Under the pieces are notes generated by a model, which saw only the letters and a list, made by a program, of their open reading frames with translations, did no database searches and was not told the DNA's origin. Positions 13,361-26,469 of a stretch of 64,000 nucleotides of DNA are shown piece by piece. The first letter of the stretch is position 1; every line of letters starts with the position of its first letter. A program made the position numbers and the translations under genes. Origin of the DNA: Octopus sinensis (Eukaryota); contig NC_043002.1 in NCBI RefSeq assembly GCF_006345805.1, positions 104,718,001-104,782,000 of the forward strand, given 5' to 3'.

Positions 13361-14089
13361 TATCCATATATACATATATACATATATGCAATAATATACA
13401 CGCATACATATATGTATATATGTATATATATATATATATATGCATACATGCATACAATACATACACGCGCGCGCACGCACACACTTCATATGTATACATT
13501 CTCACACAGAGACAAGCCTTACAGTGTATTGTTGGAATTATTTTGGATTGGTGAATGATGAAGTGGAATAATGGAGTTAGCCAGGGTAAATACGAAAGTA
13601 AAATATGTTAACAGATTAGCACAAATTCTTGCAGTGTTGTCGTTGGAATTGTTCTGGCAGGATCAAAAATAGAACCTGTTTGTCTCTTTTTACAGCAACA
13701 CCGTCAGAAAATGATTGGGACACAAATATACACGTGATGAATGACAAGTGAGATTTTGTTGAAAGCCGAAAGAAAGGAACGTGATATATATTTATATACA
13801 TCGACATATATTATGGAAGACAAAAGTGGTTGTGAAGCAGAGAATTTGTTAAGAAGATGGATTAGATTACGGTGGAAAAGTTAATTGTTAACGGAGGTGA
13901 ATCTATGTAGGTACCTCGAGAATATATATTTCTCGTAATGCTTCTCTATATATTTACTATCAAATCATTTACTACCGACATCTGTCTATCTCTCCATTTA
14001 TCATCCTTTGTACTCAAAGATATACAGACAGATAGACCGACACACACATGTATAAACACATATATACACATATATGCATAGATGCATAG

Positions 14090-14147
<58 letters not shown>

Positions 14148-14203
14148 CATTTATATATGTGTGTATATATAAATGTATAATTCATATATATATGTATATA
14201 TAT

Positions 14204-14250
<47 letters not shown>

Positions 14251-14256
14251 ATATAT

Positions 14257-14291
<35 letters not shown>

Positions 14292-15969
14292 AATATACAT
14301 ATATATATGTGACTGTTCATATGCATGTATGTGTGTTTCTGTGTGTGTATGTTTGTGTGTATGTGTATGTGTGTGCGTGTGTGTGTATGTGTGTGTGTGT
14401 GTAAATGTGTGTATTACAAGATGGCTGAACGGATTTATCGAATTCATCAAAGTCGTATTTACAATAAGTAATAAAATGGAAAATGGAGGACTTTTCCATG
14501 ACGCTGTTATTTGCTGCAAGAAAGAGAAATTGTCTCAATATAGTCCACATTTATTATTTTATTTCCTCAATAAATACCCCAATGTATTACATCGTCCATT
14601 GTACAATATGCTTCAAAACAACCCTGGAATGTATTCTTGCTGGGAAGAAAATTACGTTGTCACCATTCACAGAACTTAATGATAAAAGTAGAATGTGTTT
14701 TAATCAAAAGAGTTACAAACATCAGCGCAGACAGACATATTAAATTATAGAAGTAAAAGCCTCAGTATTATATCAAAATGAAAGTAGCTACTGCATCAAG
14801 TCAACGCCAATTGGAATTCAAAGAGTTAAGCAATGGGAAGACTGGAAGAAACAAACCCAAAATATTATTCGAAATCCAAAAGTGAGATCTTGTCTGTATA
14901 TATAGAAATTGCCTGTATGAAAATGGCACGGATTCCATGAAGCGAGCAAATAGCACCATTCCAACTAACATAGTTCGATGTCGATACGCTGGTAGCCAAA
15001 AACAGGAATAATTGTGGTAACTGGTACAAGATCTTCGGATATAGTAAGGGCAACAGAGGAATAACTCTGCACGAGAGACGGGGCTGTTTGTATATGTAGA
15101 TATAAACCCAAGAAAAACATTCTGTTTCGTGTACGACAGAGAAATCTATAGTCACCAGAGCAATGACAGTATGGATAAATAAACTTTAAACAGAAAAATA
15201 ACTATAAATATCTATTATATGTGAAACTTTCAGAGTGATTATTTATATTTCTGAGTTGTAGGTTCTATGCAATATGTAAGGTGTATACTGTACGATCTTT
15301 GAAAACAAAATTATACGCAAACCGAAAGAAATGCGTTGTTACGTGTAACAGTTAAAGACGAAAATCTTCATTATTTATATTTCAATCAATATATCCAGCT
15401 TCCTTTATTACGTTAACGATAATTAAATAATGCTTCGAGACCAAATATACAAATCTCCAACGTTATTAAATGCTCTATGATAATAGACTAACAATATTTA
15501 CAGATTCTTATATTGATGTTTAGTCGAAAATACATGCATCTACATTAATATCTCAATAATTTTATGGGAGTGTTGCACAATTCCATTTATGTGGATTTAT
15601 GTCGAATATGTCCATTAAGAAATGTGTTAATGGAGACATTCATTAACTGGCATATTGTCTTTAATTCCTCGGTGAACAACATTTATGGACACCTAATAGT
15701 GCTGCTTACTGAAATGGTATGTCTGATGCGTAAATGTATCCAGTTTGCCTCTTTACAGAAAGGGTCGTATATCATTGCATTTGTATCAATTACAAATGCA
15801 TAATGGATACATTCGTAAACTGAATTAATGTGTTTAGCTCAACTACTAAGTCGCTGCAAATCCTTACCTTTTTAACTGGCTTCTGCGCCACTTTATATTA
15901 ATTCCGTATTGCTACACTGATTATAAATATACTACGGCCAATATTTTCATGCTAAATGGTGTCATTGGA

Positions 15970-16006
<37 letters not shown>

Positions 16007-16282
16007 TATACAGAGAGAGATAGAGAGAGAGAGAGAAATGAGTATATTACATCGACTTGAATATTTACGCTACATTTCCATTATTATATTTCCATTGCCA
16101 TTTTCAGAGTCACATGAGGAATTTTGTCTTATAAAATAGGTGGAATCTTTTCTAGAATGGTTTTAAATTGCGTAGCCAGGCGTGTGTAAGCAGCTTTACC
16201 ATATTGCTCTGTTTTCAAATATATTACTCCGAAGCTAGTGTAGATATTTATCAATATACAATGCAGTGTATTCTTTCATCAT

Positions 16283-16396
<114 letters not shown>

Positions 16397-17686
16397 CGCA
16401 TGCAGCATTTATCAGCATTATTGTCCAGGTATAAATATTCTCTCTAAATATGTCTCGTTGTTTATGTATATGTTAAATGCAAGGATATCACTGGAGAACT
16501 GAGCGTTATCTTTATGTACTTAGGTAGATACTAGAAAATATATTCTTGTGACTGGACACATTAAAAGCTTTGTTGGATTTGCAGCAAAAAAAAAACGGAA
16601 AATAAAATGTAAATAAACAGTGTTGTACGAAAACGCTTTGTGGAGAGAAGGAAGATTCGGTAAGTAATACTTTTACGTGACAGGTACGTTTAGAGCAGAA
16701 GATAAATATATGAAGATAAACCGAGGGACTCAGCTGTTGATATATCTTAGCAAATTGAGATGTTCACAAATCCACCTAAAGTTGCGTTATAATTATATGA
16801 GAAATTGAAGAATATAGGGGCCATATATACACTGTAAATTCCCCATTCTTTATGGATATATTTCATATTATATTCTCACTTGCATGCCATTTCTTTATTT
16901 ACTGTCATATATCACTCGCTTCTAATGTAACGCATTCGTTCATTCTTCATAAACGCTCATTTCTTTTTCCAATTATACTTCCCCGTGTGTTCTATGTAAC
17001 CACCTTACCCCCGCCTTTTTTTTCTTCTTTTTCTCTGTCAGCAAGTTGCTGGCTCTCTCCTCCCACTCTTCCTCCAAGTCAGTTTGTTTTCTTTCTGACA
17101 TTCTTCTTCCCTTTTGTTTCCTTTCTTTCGTCATTCGTTTCTTCATAAATCGATCATTTTGTATTTCTGTCCTGGCTTTTTTCCCTTTTTTTCATCATTT
17201 TGTACGACCTCCTTTCATTTTTCCTTTCCATTATTCATTCCACTCGAGTTACTAAATTCTTTCAAACTACCCATCGTCTTTATCATTCATAATCATCTCT
17301 TTATTTCTTAATTATTTCCTTCTTTATTATACTTACCCCGAGCCTACTATACGAAATATGTTAACACCCGCTTTGCTAGTATCTTCTGCTCCAGAGGGCG
17401 TCGCCGCGTTCTTTTGCCCGATTGTTGCTTTATATCATATTATTTATGAGTCAGTTATGGAGGGGCGTCATGACCGCCTACCAACAAGAAATAGAAGCTA
17501 AAGTCCCCGAAAAAATCTCACCATCATAAAGGAACGATATTCTAGATATTGTAATCCTCTTTATTCAATGGAGGAATTAATAGTGGATGGTCACGCTCGG
17601 AATATATTTAATGTTATATCATTTTTATAAAGAACGATCTTAGAACAAGCAAGAACTTTAACAAGAATATTTGTGGCTTTGTGAAT

Positions 17687-18075
17687 GCGTAGGAATGGCT
17701 GTGTGGCTGCAGATTCAGTCCCCTAAGTGGCACTTTGGGCATGTGGCTTCTGTCATACACCCGGGGTGACCTTCGCGTTGTGACTGGATCTGTTTAGGAA
17801 AAACTCTGGAAACCTGTTGTATATAAGTGTGGTGTGTGGGGGCGGCGGTGCAGGCACGTGTGCTTCTTTGCGTCTGTGTTTCTCATTCCCTGTTGCCACT
17901 TAGTAATCTTTTGTAGATTTGCTTACATTCACGTCACTTAGTTGTTCGACAAAAGAGACAGAGAAAGCGAGAGAGAGAAAATAAATACCAGACGTATGTG
18001 CTGCAGATGATTTGTTTGACTTCAAACTTTCAGGGCGGTGCCCCAGCATGACCGCTATCCAATAACAAATAAAGC
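17687..18075 (+). mobile_element. Degenerate variant of the tRNA-derived CORE-like SINE
   Basis: Head GCGTAGGAATGGCTGTGTGG..TTCAGTCCC..GGCACTTTGGGCA and tail GGCGGTGCCCCAGCATGACCGC resemble 46474-46892. Confidence 0.6.
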
Positions 18076-20416
18076 ATATTCCCATTTATTTAGTTTCTCT
18101 TTTCCTTCTTTACCGATGTCTCACTTACTCTCTGCTTCTATTTCTCCATCTCTCATCGTCTTCCTTTTCTTTGTTTCTTTCTCCCTCTCCCACCACCCTA
18201 ACCATGAACAACAACAGCAACAACATCAACGCTTAAGGCCTGTCAAACAAAGTGTAAGATCAGAATCCAATTCATCGTAGCTAAATAGAAGCCATAGTAT
18301 TCTGTAGTGAAACAAGTATCTTTACAACGTAGGCTGCCGAATTGCCTTCTCACTTCTCTATCGGGTTTTAGCTACTGAGAAGTGGTTGTAGGCATCCAGC
18401 GGGAAGAAAACCAAAATAAAAAATCACGAAAGAAAACAAAAGCACCTGGTAAATCCTTCTCTTGTCATGTTTTATTCATTTCCTTCTTTATTATATTTAC
18501 CTAATTCGTTCCTCTTGTGTTCTTTATGTGTCTTCATTGTTTCTCTTATATAACTATTAATTCATCTTCTTCCTTTCGTTTCATTCATTCATCTTTTATT
18601 CTTATTCAACAAATATTTACCTATTTTTCTCTTCTATTCTTTCATACTTCTTTCCTTCATTGATCACATCTGTTATTCCTCTAATCAATCATTTTATTCA
18701 CACTTCACTTCTTCCATTTATATATCCTTTCTTTTCTTCGTTCTTCATTTCATTTCTTGAACTCATTGTGATTTTTTTCTTGCTCTTTCACTAAATTATA
18801 ATTACTTCCTTAATTAATTAATTATTCAATTTTTTTAGCTTTCTTCCAATCTGTGTTTCAGTTTGTAACACATTCATTTAAGTCATTCCATATTTTTCAT
18901 TAAAATACTTCTCTTCAGAATTCCTGTCTTTCTATTTCTCCACGACTTATATTACTTCTTTCTTTCTCTCTTTCTTTCTTTCCTTCGTTCTCTTTTTCTT
19001 TCATTCTTCCTTGCTTTTGTATCAGTCGTTTCCATAATGTCCTCTTACATTCATATCTTCATTCTTTACGAGAAATCGTTCTCTACGTGCCATCTGCGCT
19101 TCATTCTCTTTGGCATCTCTCTTATAGACCTCCTCTCTCTCTCTCTCTCTCTCTCTCTCCTTCTCAGTCTCTTTTCCGATCCTTCCTTTCCCAGGTTCGT
19201 TTCTTTCATAAAAATCCCTAGCATGCCACGGGATTTAACAATCCACAGCGCTTAGTTGCTGGATCAGTTACAAATTGTATTTCGAACAAGAAAATCGATG
19301 CCTAGAATTGTCACGCACGGATTTAGACTTGATTAAAATTTCATATGCAAATATATGACCGCACGCACACACACACACACACACCAGCACACACAAACAC
19401 ACCAACACACACACATTTATATATGTGTGTATATACTTAGATATATATAAATATATATCTATAATATATAATGTATGTATACATATATATGTATATATGT
19501 ATATGCGTGTATATATATATATATGTGTGGTGTATGTTTGTGTGTGTGTGTGTATACATATACATGCATATATGTATATATATATATATATATTATATAT
19601 ATATATGTACGTACGGAAGCACACACATATATATATATAGGCACGTATAAATGTAATAACTCTATAAAGCATAGAAGGAATTTAAAAGCTGGTAAGCCTT
19701 CAATTTTGTGGGATTTATATGGTGTGATAAAGGGAATTAGCGATGCAATTAGACTATCGATTTACAAAGCCTCGTATGGAATACTTTTTTATAGATGTCA
19801 CAAGTAGTCAACGCATTGGCTAAACATTTTCTCTAATCCGGCTTCATCCCTGCCCTGGTGTGGTTCTAGCGTTTTATGGAATGAAGCTGAGAATAAATTC
19901 TGTCAGAATTCAGATTAACACTGTTCGTTATTTTTGAAGAATGTTGATGAAACGTGGGAAATTTTCTTGAAAGAAAGAAATGAAAACATTCTTGAAGTAA
20001 AATAAGAAAATAAATAATGTGCATAGGAACACACATTGGATCGAACACGACTACATACGCCTTCGTGGGCGTGTACATACGTTAATAAATAAACAGGCAT
20101 ATCAATGTGCATATATTTTTGTAAGCGTTAAGATTGGCAGGAATTTCCTACACATACTTACATCCATATATACACCCATGTACATATATACATGCATATA
20201 TATAAATATATATATATATATGTATGTATGTATGTATATATATGTATATATATATATATATATGCACTTTATGTATGTATAAATACATGCGTGTGGTTTT
20301 GTATGTGTGTGTGTGTGTGTGTTTGTGCATGTGTGCATATGTATTTGTGTATCGATAATACATATGTACACACATATATTTATATACATATATATATACA
20401 TGTATATATATATATT

Positions 20417-20459
<43 letters not shown>

Positions 20460-20500
20460 TATGCATATATATGTACATATATATACATATTTATATATTA

Positions 20501-20547
<47 letters not shown>

Positions 20548-21049
20548 TTACATCTATCTATGAATCTATCTATTTATAATGTAGATATACCTCTGTCTAT
20601 CTATCTGTCTATCTCTCTCAATCTTTCTCTATCTATCTGTTTATCAATCTATTTGTCTGTCTATTGATCTAAATATCTATGCACCCATTTGTTTACACAT
20701 ATGTATAAGTACATGTGTATACGCACATTCATGCATACATAAACGTGCATGTTTTACAGACATTAGATATTGATGAGATTGGGGAAAGATGTAGAGTTTT
20801 GTATGTCTGAAAATTAAGGAAGTAAAAATGTTTTTAAATGGTATGAGAATTTATTCAACGTATGATTTATAGTTGTAGATACATGAGATGCGGTAACACA
20901 TAAGATGAGCCTCCGATGTACCAGTTTATGTGTGTTAGCTGTTTAATATATACATATCATCCCTCTGCGAAATTACGGACATTTTTATTGTACTAGACAA
21001 AAAAGCTTTCGACTTCTAACAGAGCGTATTTTGAAAACCTAGAAGTATA

Positions 21050-21390
21050 CGAGGTCTGTTCGGAAAGCATCGTGATCGTAGTTATGTTAACGGAGCTAAG
21101 GGACAAAGCGTGAAGCCGTTTGGTACAACTTCACCTTCAACGCTGTCACGCATGTACACTACGCTATACCGTTCTCGCTCGCTTCCGTTGGTAAAAGAAA
21201 CAGTGTGTAGAGTATGGTAGTCTCAAAAATAAAGGTCGGCTTTTAGCTGCGAAAACTCTACTTGATTGTGTCGAAGAAGTTAAAATAATAAGAAAACGAA
21301 TATAACAGGAAATGAATAGTGGATCTATGGCTATGATTCCGAAAGCAAGGCTCAGTCTTTGCAGTAGAACACGCCGGCAAGATTTCCAGA
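21050..21390 (+). mobile_element. Internally deleted mariner relic
   Basis: TA-CGAGGTCTGTTCGGAAAG terminus. 21302-21366 translates ITGNE*WIYGYDSESKAQSLQ*, matching the mariner ITGDESWVYGYDPETKAQSSQW block. Confidence 0.8.
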
Positions 21391-21456
21391 TGGTTTAGTG
21401 GTTAAGAGCGCGGGCTACTAACCCCAAGATTCCGGGTTCGATTCCAAGCAGTGACT

Positions 21457-21501
<45 letters not shown>

Positions 21502-21564
21502 GAAGAAGAAGAAGAAGAAGAAGAAGAAGAAGAAGAAGAAGAAGAAGAAGAGGAGGAGGAGAAG

Positions 21565-21595
<31 letters not shown>

Positions 21596-21773
21596 CGAAG
21601 AAGAAGAAGAAGAAGAAGAAGAAGAACCCAGGTTCGAAATTTCCCCAGGACATCTGATGAAGGCTGGAGGGTATATCAAAGGAAACGTTGTGTTAGCAAC
21701 AAACAAGATGAGGACAAATATCAGTTAAATATAAATAATGTACATAATTCCTCGTCTCTTCAATGTAGAACTG
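21391..21773 (+). mobile_element. tRNA-headed SINE with internal (AAT)n(AAG)n and a hammerhead-containing tail (copy 1)
   Basis: A box TGGTTTAGTGG at 21391, B box GGTTCGATTCC at 21435-21445, no acceptor stem. Microsatellite 21459-21625. Tail shared with 22341-22520 (minus) and 23553-23700 (plus). Confidence 0.8.
21649..21694 (+). ncRNA. Minimal type I hammerhead ribozyme motif with stem II damaged
   Basis: GACAT-CTGATGA-A-GGCTG..CAAAG-GAAA-CGT-T-GTGTT. Core, palindromic stem III (ACGT) and stem I (GACAT/GTGTT) are intact; the 3' side of stem II is mutated. Confidence 0.55.
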
Positions 21774-22340
21774 AATGTTGAATAGTGTGAGTAATTATAG
21801 ACGAGGAAACAACACACTTTACTTCAAAGACCTTTTCATTGATAGCAATCCTGCTAAGTTTTGATCAGATCTCTTATAAAGTAATGTTAGGTTGATCTTT
21901 CAAAACATATCTAAATATAAGTATTTTACATAAAAGTTTTAATGTATTCATTTAAAAAATGTAAAAAATCAGTTTATTCTCAATGATATTATTAATTCAG
22001 CTCCCTAAAATATATAGCTGCGAAATCTATATTTTAATTAACTTTTTGAATTTGATTAATTAATTGGAAAGTTTAAAGTAATTAAATATATGCGCTGTAA
22101 AAAAAATTATGTAACTATTATTAAGATTAATCTAACTATTTTTACCGAAATTAAATTGTATCAATATTACATATATTGTTGATCGATGGATAAGATGAGC
22201 AGGGTCATAGGAAAAATATATCGACATGGGTTTCGTACGAAAAACAGAACTATGGCTGGTATGAGCTCAATTAAATAGTTAATATACCATAAATCATCGG
22301 CATATCGACTTATGTTGCAATCTAAACCATGTACGATTGG

Positions 22341-23261
22341 GTTCTGTATTTAAGAGATGAGGATTTATTTACATTATTTACATTATTTACATTCGACAGA
22401 TATTTCTCCTCATCTTGTTTGTTGTTAACAAAACATTTCGGCTAGTATAGCCTCCAAGTCTTCACCAGGTGTCTTGGGGAAATTTTGAACCTGATTTCTC
22501 ATTCCTAATGTATTTTTCGACGTTGTTGTTGTTGTTATTATTATTGTTGTTGTTGTTGTTGTTCTTGCCTTTGGACAGCTTCTAACGCTGGAGATGTGCT
22601 ACAGTGTCAGCTGTTCACTACCAGTGAACTAAGATAACACCTCTTATTTTTCGAGCGCCGTCCGGAGTTTAGAGCGGTTCCAAGCAGTGCTGTTTTCTGC
22701 AAGTGCTCCTTCCTTATTGCAGCCCCTATTTGTTCCACGTTCTTCTCGAGATTTTTGCTCACTCTTCCCAGGGCTCCAACAATTATTGGTACTAATGCTA
22801 CCTTTTTCATCGACCACAACTGCTTAACTTCCCAAGCTAACCTGTCATATCTCTCGACATTTCTTTCTTCCTTATCGCATACCTTGTTGTCAGCTGAGCA
22901 TGCTATGTCTATGATCCAGCATAGCTTGTTTTCTTTCTCAATTAAGAGTACGTCCGGCTTCCTATTCTAAATCTAATGTTCGCACTGAATTATAAAATCC
23001 CATAGGATATTTGTATTTCTATTTTCGACAATGCCTTCATGTCTATGGTCGTACCAATTTTTTGCTCTGTCAAGTCCATACTTGTTGCAAAGTGTCCAGT
23101 GGACAAGCCTTGCTATATTGTTGTGGCGTCTCTTATATTCCTTCTGGGTTAATGGCGTACATTGTCTGGTAATATGCCATAATTCCTTCTGGGTTAATGG
23201 CGTACATTGTCTGGTAATTTTGCCCACAAATTCTTCACTTATCACTTTCTGATGTGTTGTC

Positions 23262-23292
<31 letters not shown>

Positions 23293-23390
23293 CTTCTTCT
23301 TCTTCTTCTTCTTCTTCTTCTTCTTCTTCTTTTCTTCTTCTTCTTCTTCTTCTTCTTCTTCTTCTTCTTCTTCTTCTTCTTCTTCTTCTA

Positions 23391-23444
<54 letters not shown>

Positions 23445-23445
23445 T

Positions 23446-23501
<56 letters not shown>

Positions 23502-23552
23502 GTTCAGGTGACTGCGTGGAATCGAACTGGGAATCTTGAGGTTAGAATCCCG
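22341..23552 (-). mobile_element. tRNA-headed hammerhead SINE (copy 2) interrupted by a Dong insertion in its microsatellite
   Basis: On the minus strand: head CGGGATTCTAACCTCAAGATTCCCAGTTCGATTCC (23552-23502), (AAT)n(AAG)n 23501-23263, Dong fragment, (AAC/AAT)n 22563-22522, then the tail matching 21626-21773 with a decayed hammerhead (CTGGTGA...GAAAT). Confidence 0.75.
22564..23263 (-). mobile_element. 5'-truncated R4/Dong-clade retrotransposon
   Basis: EYKRRHNNIARLVHWTLC..KNWYDH..NILWDFIIQ..RKPDVLLIEKE..IIDIAC..KVERY..VPIIVGALG..LQKTALLGTA. Confidence 0.9.
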
Positions 23553-23700
23553 TAGAAAGAGAACCTGGGTTCGAAATTTCCCCAAGACATCTGATGAAGC
23601 CTGGGGGGTATATCAGCCGAAACGTTGTGTTATCAACAAGCAAGATGAGGACAAATATCTGTCAAATGTGAATAATGTTAATAACCTAGATAATGTACAA
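23553..23700 (+). mobile_element. Headless hammerhead-tail copy abutting copy 2 in divergent orientation
   Basis: GAGAACCTGGGTTCGAAATTTCCCCAAGACATCTGATGA...GATGAGGACAAATATCTGTCAAATGT matches the tail of copy 1. Confidence 0.8.
23586..23631 (+). ncRNA. Minimal type I hammerhead ribozyme motif (best preserved)
   Basis: GACAT-CTGATGA-A-GCCTG-GGGGGTATAT-CAGCC-GAAA-CGT-T-GTGTT. Intact core, stem I, palindromic stem III, and one C-C mismatch in stem II. Confidence 0.65.
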
Positions 23701-25231
23701 GTAGGTTCTAATATATGTATACACACACATGTATATATTATTGTATATAATTGTCTTTATTGATGAAAGCTATGAAACGAAAGAAAATGATGCAAACAGC
23801 AAGCCATCTACAAAAGAATACTTATTTGCTGTTTTCGAAATCGAGGATAATTCCTTGATTTTGTATCCTTCTGTTCAAAAGAGCTCAATGCATTCTCACC
23901 CTTCGTCCATGTACTTCACTCTAGCCCATCTTGCCAACTTCTCCACTCGACTGCAACGTCCAGTTTTCAATTTCTTGCTTCTTAAAACTTCCGTTTCTTT
24001 TGTTTCAATATACACGCTCACGCTGGTTTAATACTTTGCGAAGTGAATATTTGGCAATTCCGATTTCGGGCCTGTCGAAATTGGTCTCAGTTAGCAGGGT
24101 GAAATTTTGGTTTTAATCAATATTTAAAATTTATATTGGATTTTATCTACAAATGATTGTTTTCTAAAATTTGCATGACAAACTACATATGTGTCAAAAT
24201 TGGTTTTAGAAGACATCTGGTTTACACACACATGCACACACACGTATGCATACACACATACACACACACGTATGCATACACACATACACATACGCAAACA
24301 CACTCGCACATACCCAAAAACCGTTCGTATGTCTACGTTTACGTGATCTGATGTATTTATTAATTTTACGATTTTTTCTCGTTGCGGAAGTATTATTTTT
24401 GGCGAATTTGGAAGAAAATATTCTGACGTATATTGCGCAGATTTATGTCTTTTTTACATTGTCCTTCGTTCGGTTATTCAAAGAAATTTGAAACATGGAT
24501 AAGACTAACATTCTACATTGTGGATCTTCGGAATAATTTCGCAGACCATTACTGCCGTGTCGTTCCCTTGGCTAAAAGTGTTCTCACTCATTGTTCGTTT
24601 ACTGTTTTTCATTTATTGACTACGTCTTCTATTTGAGTTGTCAATCTATTAAGTCTTCATAAATATTTTATTTCCTTACGTACAGAAGGAGCTGAATTGT
24701 GACAAAGAAACCAAATGAATATCGCTAGAATTGAGACATTCTGGAAACGCTGCATGTAGAAGTTTTCAAAGTGTACATTTGCGGTTTACATAATTGCCTC
24801 CCTAAAATGTCTCACTGTTTCGGAAGATTTTCTGAAGCATTCTGCAAGAAATACATACCTGCATTGGATTATAGACACAAAAGCGAACAATCTACTTAAA
24901 GAAGTGTAAATTCCGTGGCGGATGAGCGTAGTCATCTTTCAGGACATTTTATAAGAAATACTTACGCTTACGAGCATCCAACGTCCACAATCGTACTGGA
25001 AGTTATATTCTATCAAATGACACAACAAATGTAGAAGTTCTAATAACGTTGCATTTGGAAGAAGTTTACAAAAGTCTATTCAAAATTCCTTGCTTAGAAA
25101 AACAGATATTTATTCGTCAATTGGAAAATATTTCTATATACATTGAATACCCATTGCACAGATTTTAGCACACAATACTGTACATCATTAGAAGGCAATA
25201 CTTCACCAGATTTTGCTTATATATATACACA

Positions 25232-25307
<76 letters not shown>

Positions 25308-25320
25308 GTATATATATATA

Positions 25321-25393
<73 letters not shown>

Positions 25394-25409
25394 ACATAAT
25401 ACACCACAT

Positions 25410-25649
25410 ATATGTATGTATATATATAAAGGGAAAGTTTACGAAAATAAAAAAAGACAAAGGCAGGTGGAGTAAAAACAAACAAATGTATTAGTATAGC
25501 GCTCAGGAATAGAAATAGAAAAAAGTCTTTACGTTCGAGCCTACGCTCTTCGACAGAAAGATACACAGAAAAAAACAAGGAGAGAAACAAGGAGTGAAAA
25601 AAGGAGAGAAAAAATGCGTGTAGGAGCTAATGATCTATCATGGCGTCCT

Positions 25650-25650
<1 letters not shown>
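25410..25650 (-). mobile_element. Possible Penelope-like pLTR fragment with a hammerhead-like relic at 25525-25562
   Basis: Minus strand TCTTT-CTGTCGA-A-GAGC-GTAG-GCTC-GAA-CGT-A-AAGA. Stem II is perfect, but the core deviates (A6 to T, one A missing). Confidence 0.35.
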
Positions 25651-25703
<53 letters not shown>

Positions 25704-25886
25704 TCCCTTCTATTATGGGAGCAAGGCCTAAAATTGGTAAGGTGAAATGGAGTTCCAGCCAATTACACCGACAGCAGTGTTTACTATTACATATGACACC
25801 GACCTTGAAACGATGAACACAGAACGCCACGACGGATGAAATATCAGTAAGAATTGTATTCGGTGACCACAATATTGTTTATATTG

Positions 25887-26087
25887 TCTACTCTAAGCAC
25901 AAGGCCCGACATTTCGGAAAAGGGAGCCAGTCGATTAGCCCGACTTCAGTATGTAACTGGTACTTAATTTCGTCCATCTGGACAAAAGGCAAAGTCGACT
26001 TCGGCGGAATTTGAGCACAGAACGCAAAGAGAGGCAAAATACCGTTAGCATTTCGCCCGCGTGCTAACGTTTCTGCCAGGTCACCGC
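25887..26087 (-). mobile_element. tRNA-derived SINE, second family
   Basis: Minus strand: GCGGTGACCTGGCAGAAACGTTAGC (A-box-like), GTGCTCAAATTCCGCCGAAGTCGACTTTGCC (B-box-like) and AATTAAGTACCAG. A partial relative lies at 56026-56099. Confidence 0.7.
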
Positions 26088-26375
26088 TTTTCGGCGAGCA
26101 GAATATTATATGTATTATATAGAGCGTTAGAATATTCAATAAAGAAAACCTCTTGCCGTTATAACCATTGAAATCTTCGTATATAAACACAGTATATTAT
26201 TCAAATTATATACAGAAGAATACAGTGCAAGCATATGATATATTGCAAAGAAAGATATGTACACGTATATGATGAGATAAACGCGCACACGCACACAAAG
26301 AACGAGGCAGGTTTTTATGTGTGTGTGTGCGTGTGTATTTGTGTGTGTATGTGTGTGTGTGTATGTATGTACATA

Positions 26376-26406
<31 letters not shown>

Positions 26407-26469
26407 CATTCATATACTTTTATATATATATACATATACATATATTTTATATAATATATATATATATAT

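Noticed and set aside
14560-14680. CR1-like RT snippet (VLHRPLYNML..SCWEENYVVTIH)
   Set aside because: Weak similarity by eye with no flanking motifs.
21391-21458. Possible tRNA-Ser(ACT) gene
   Set aside because: A and B boxes are present, but the anticodon stem has only 3 pairs and there is no acceptor stem; treated as a SINE head.
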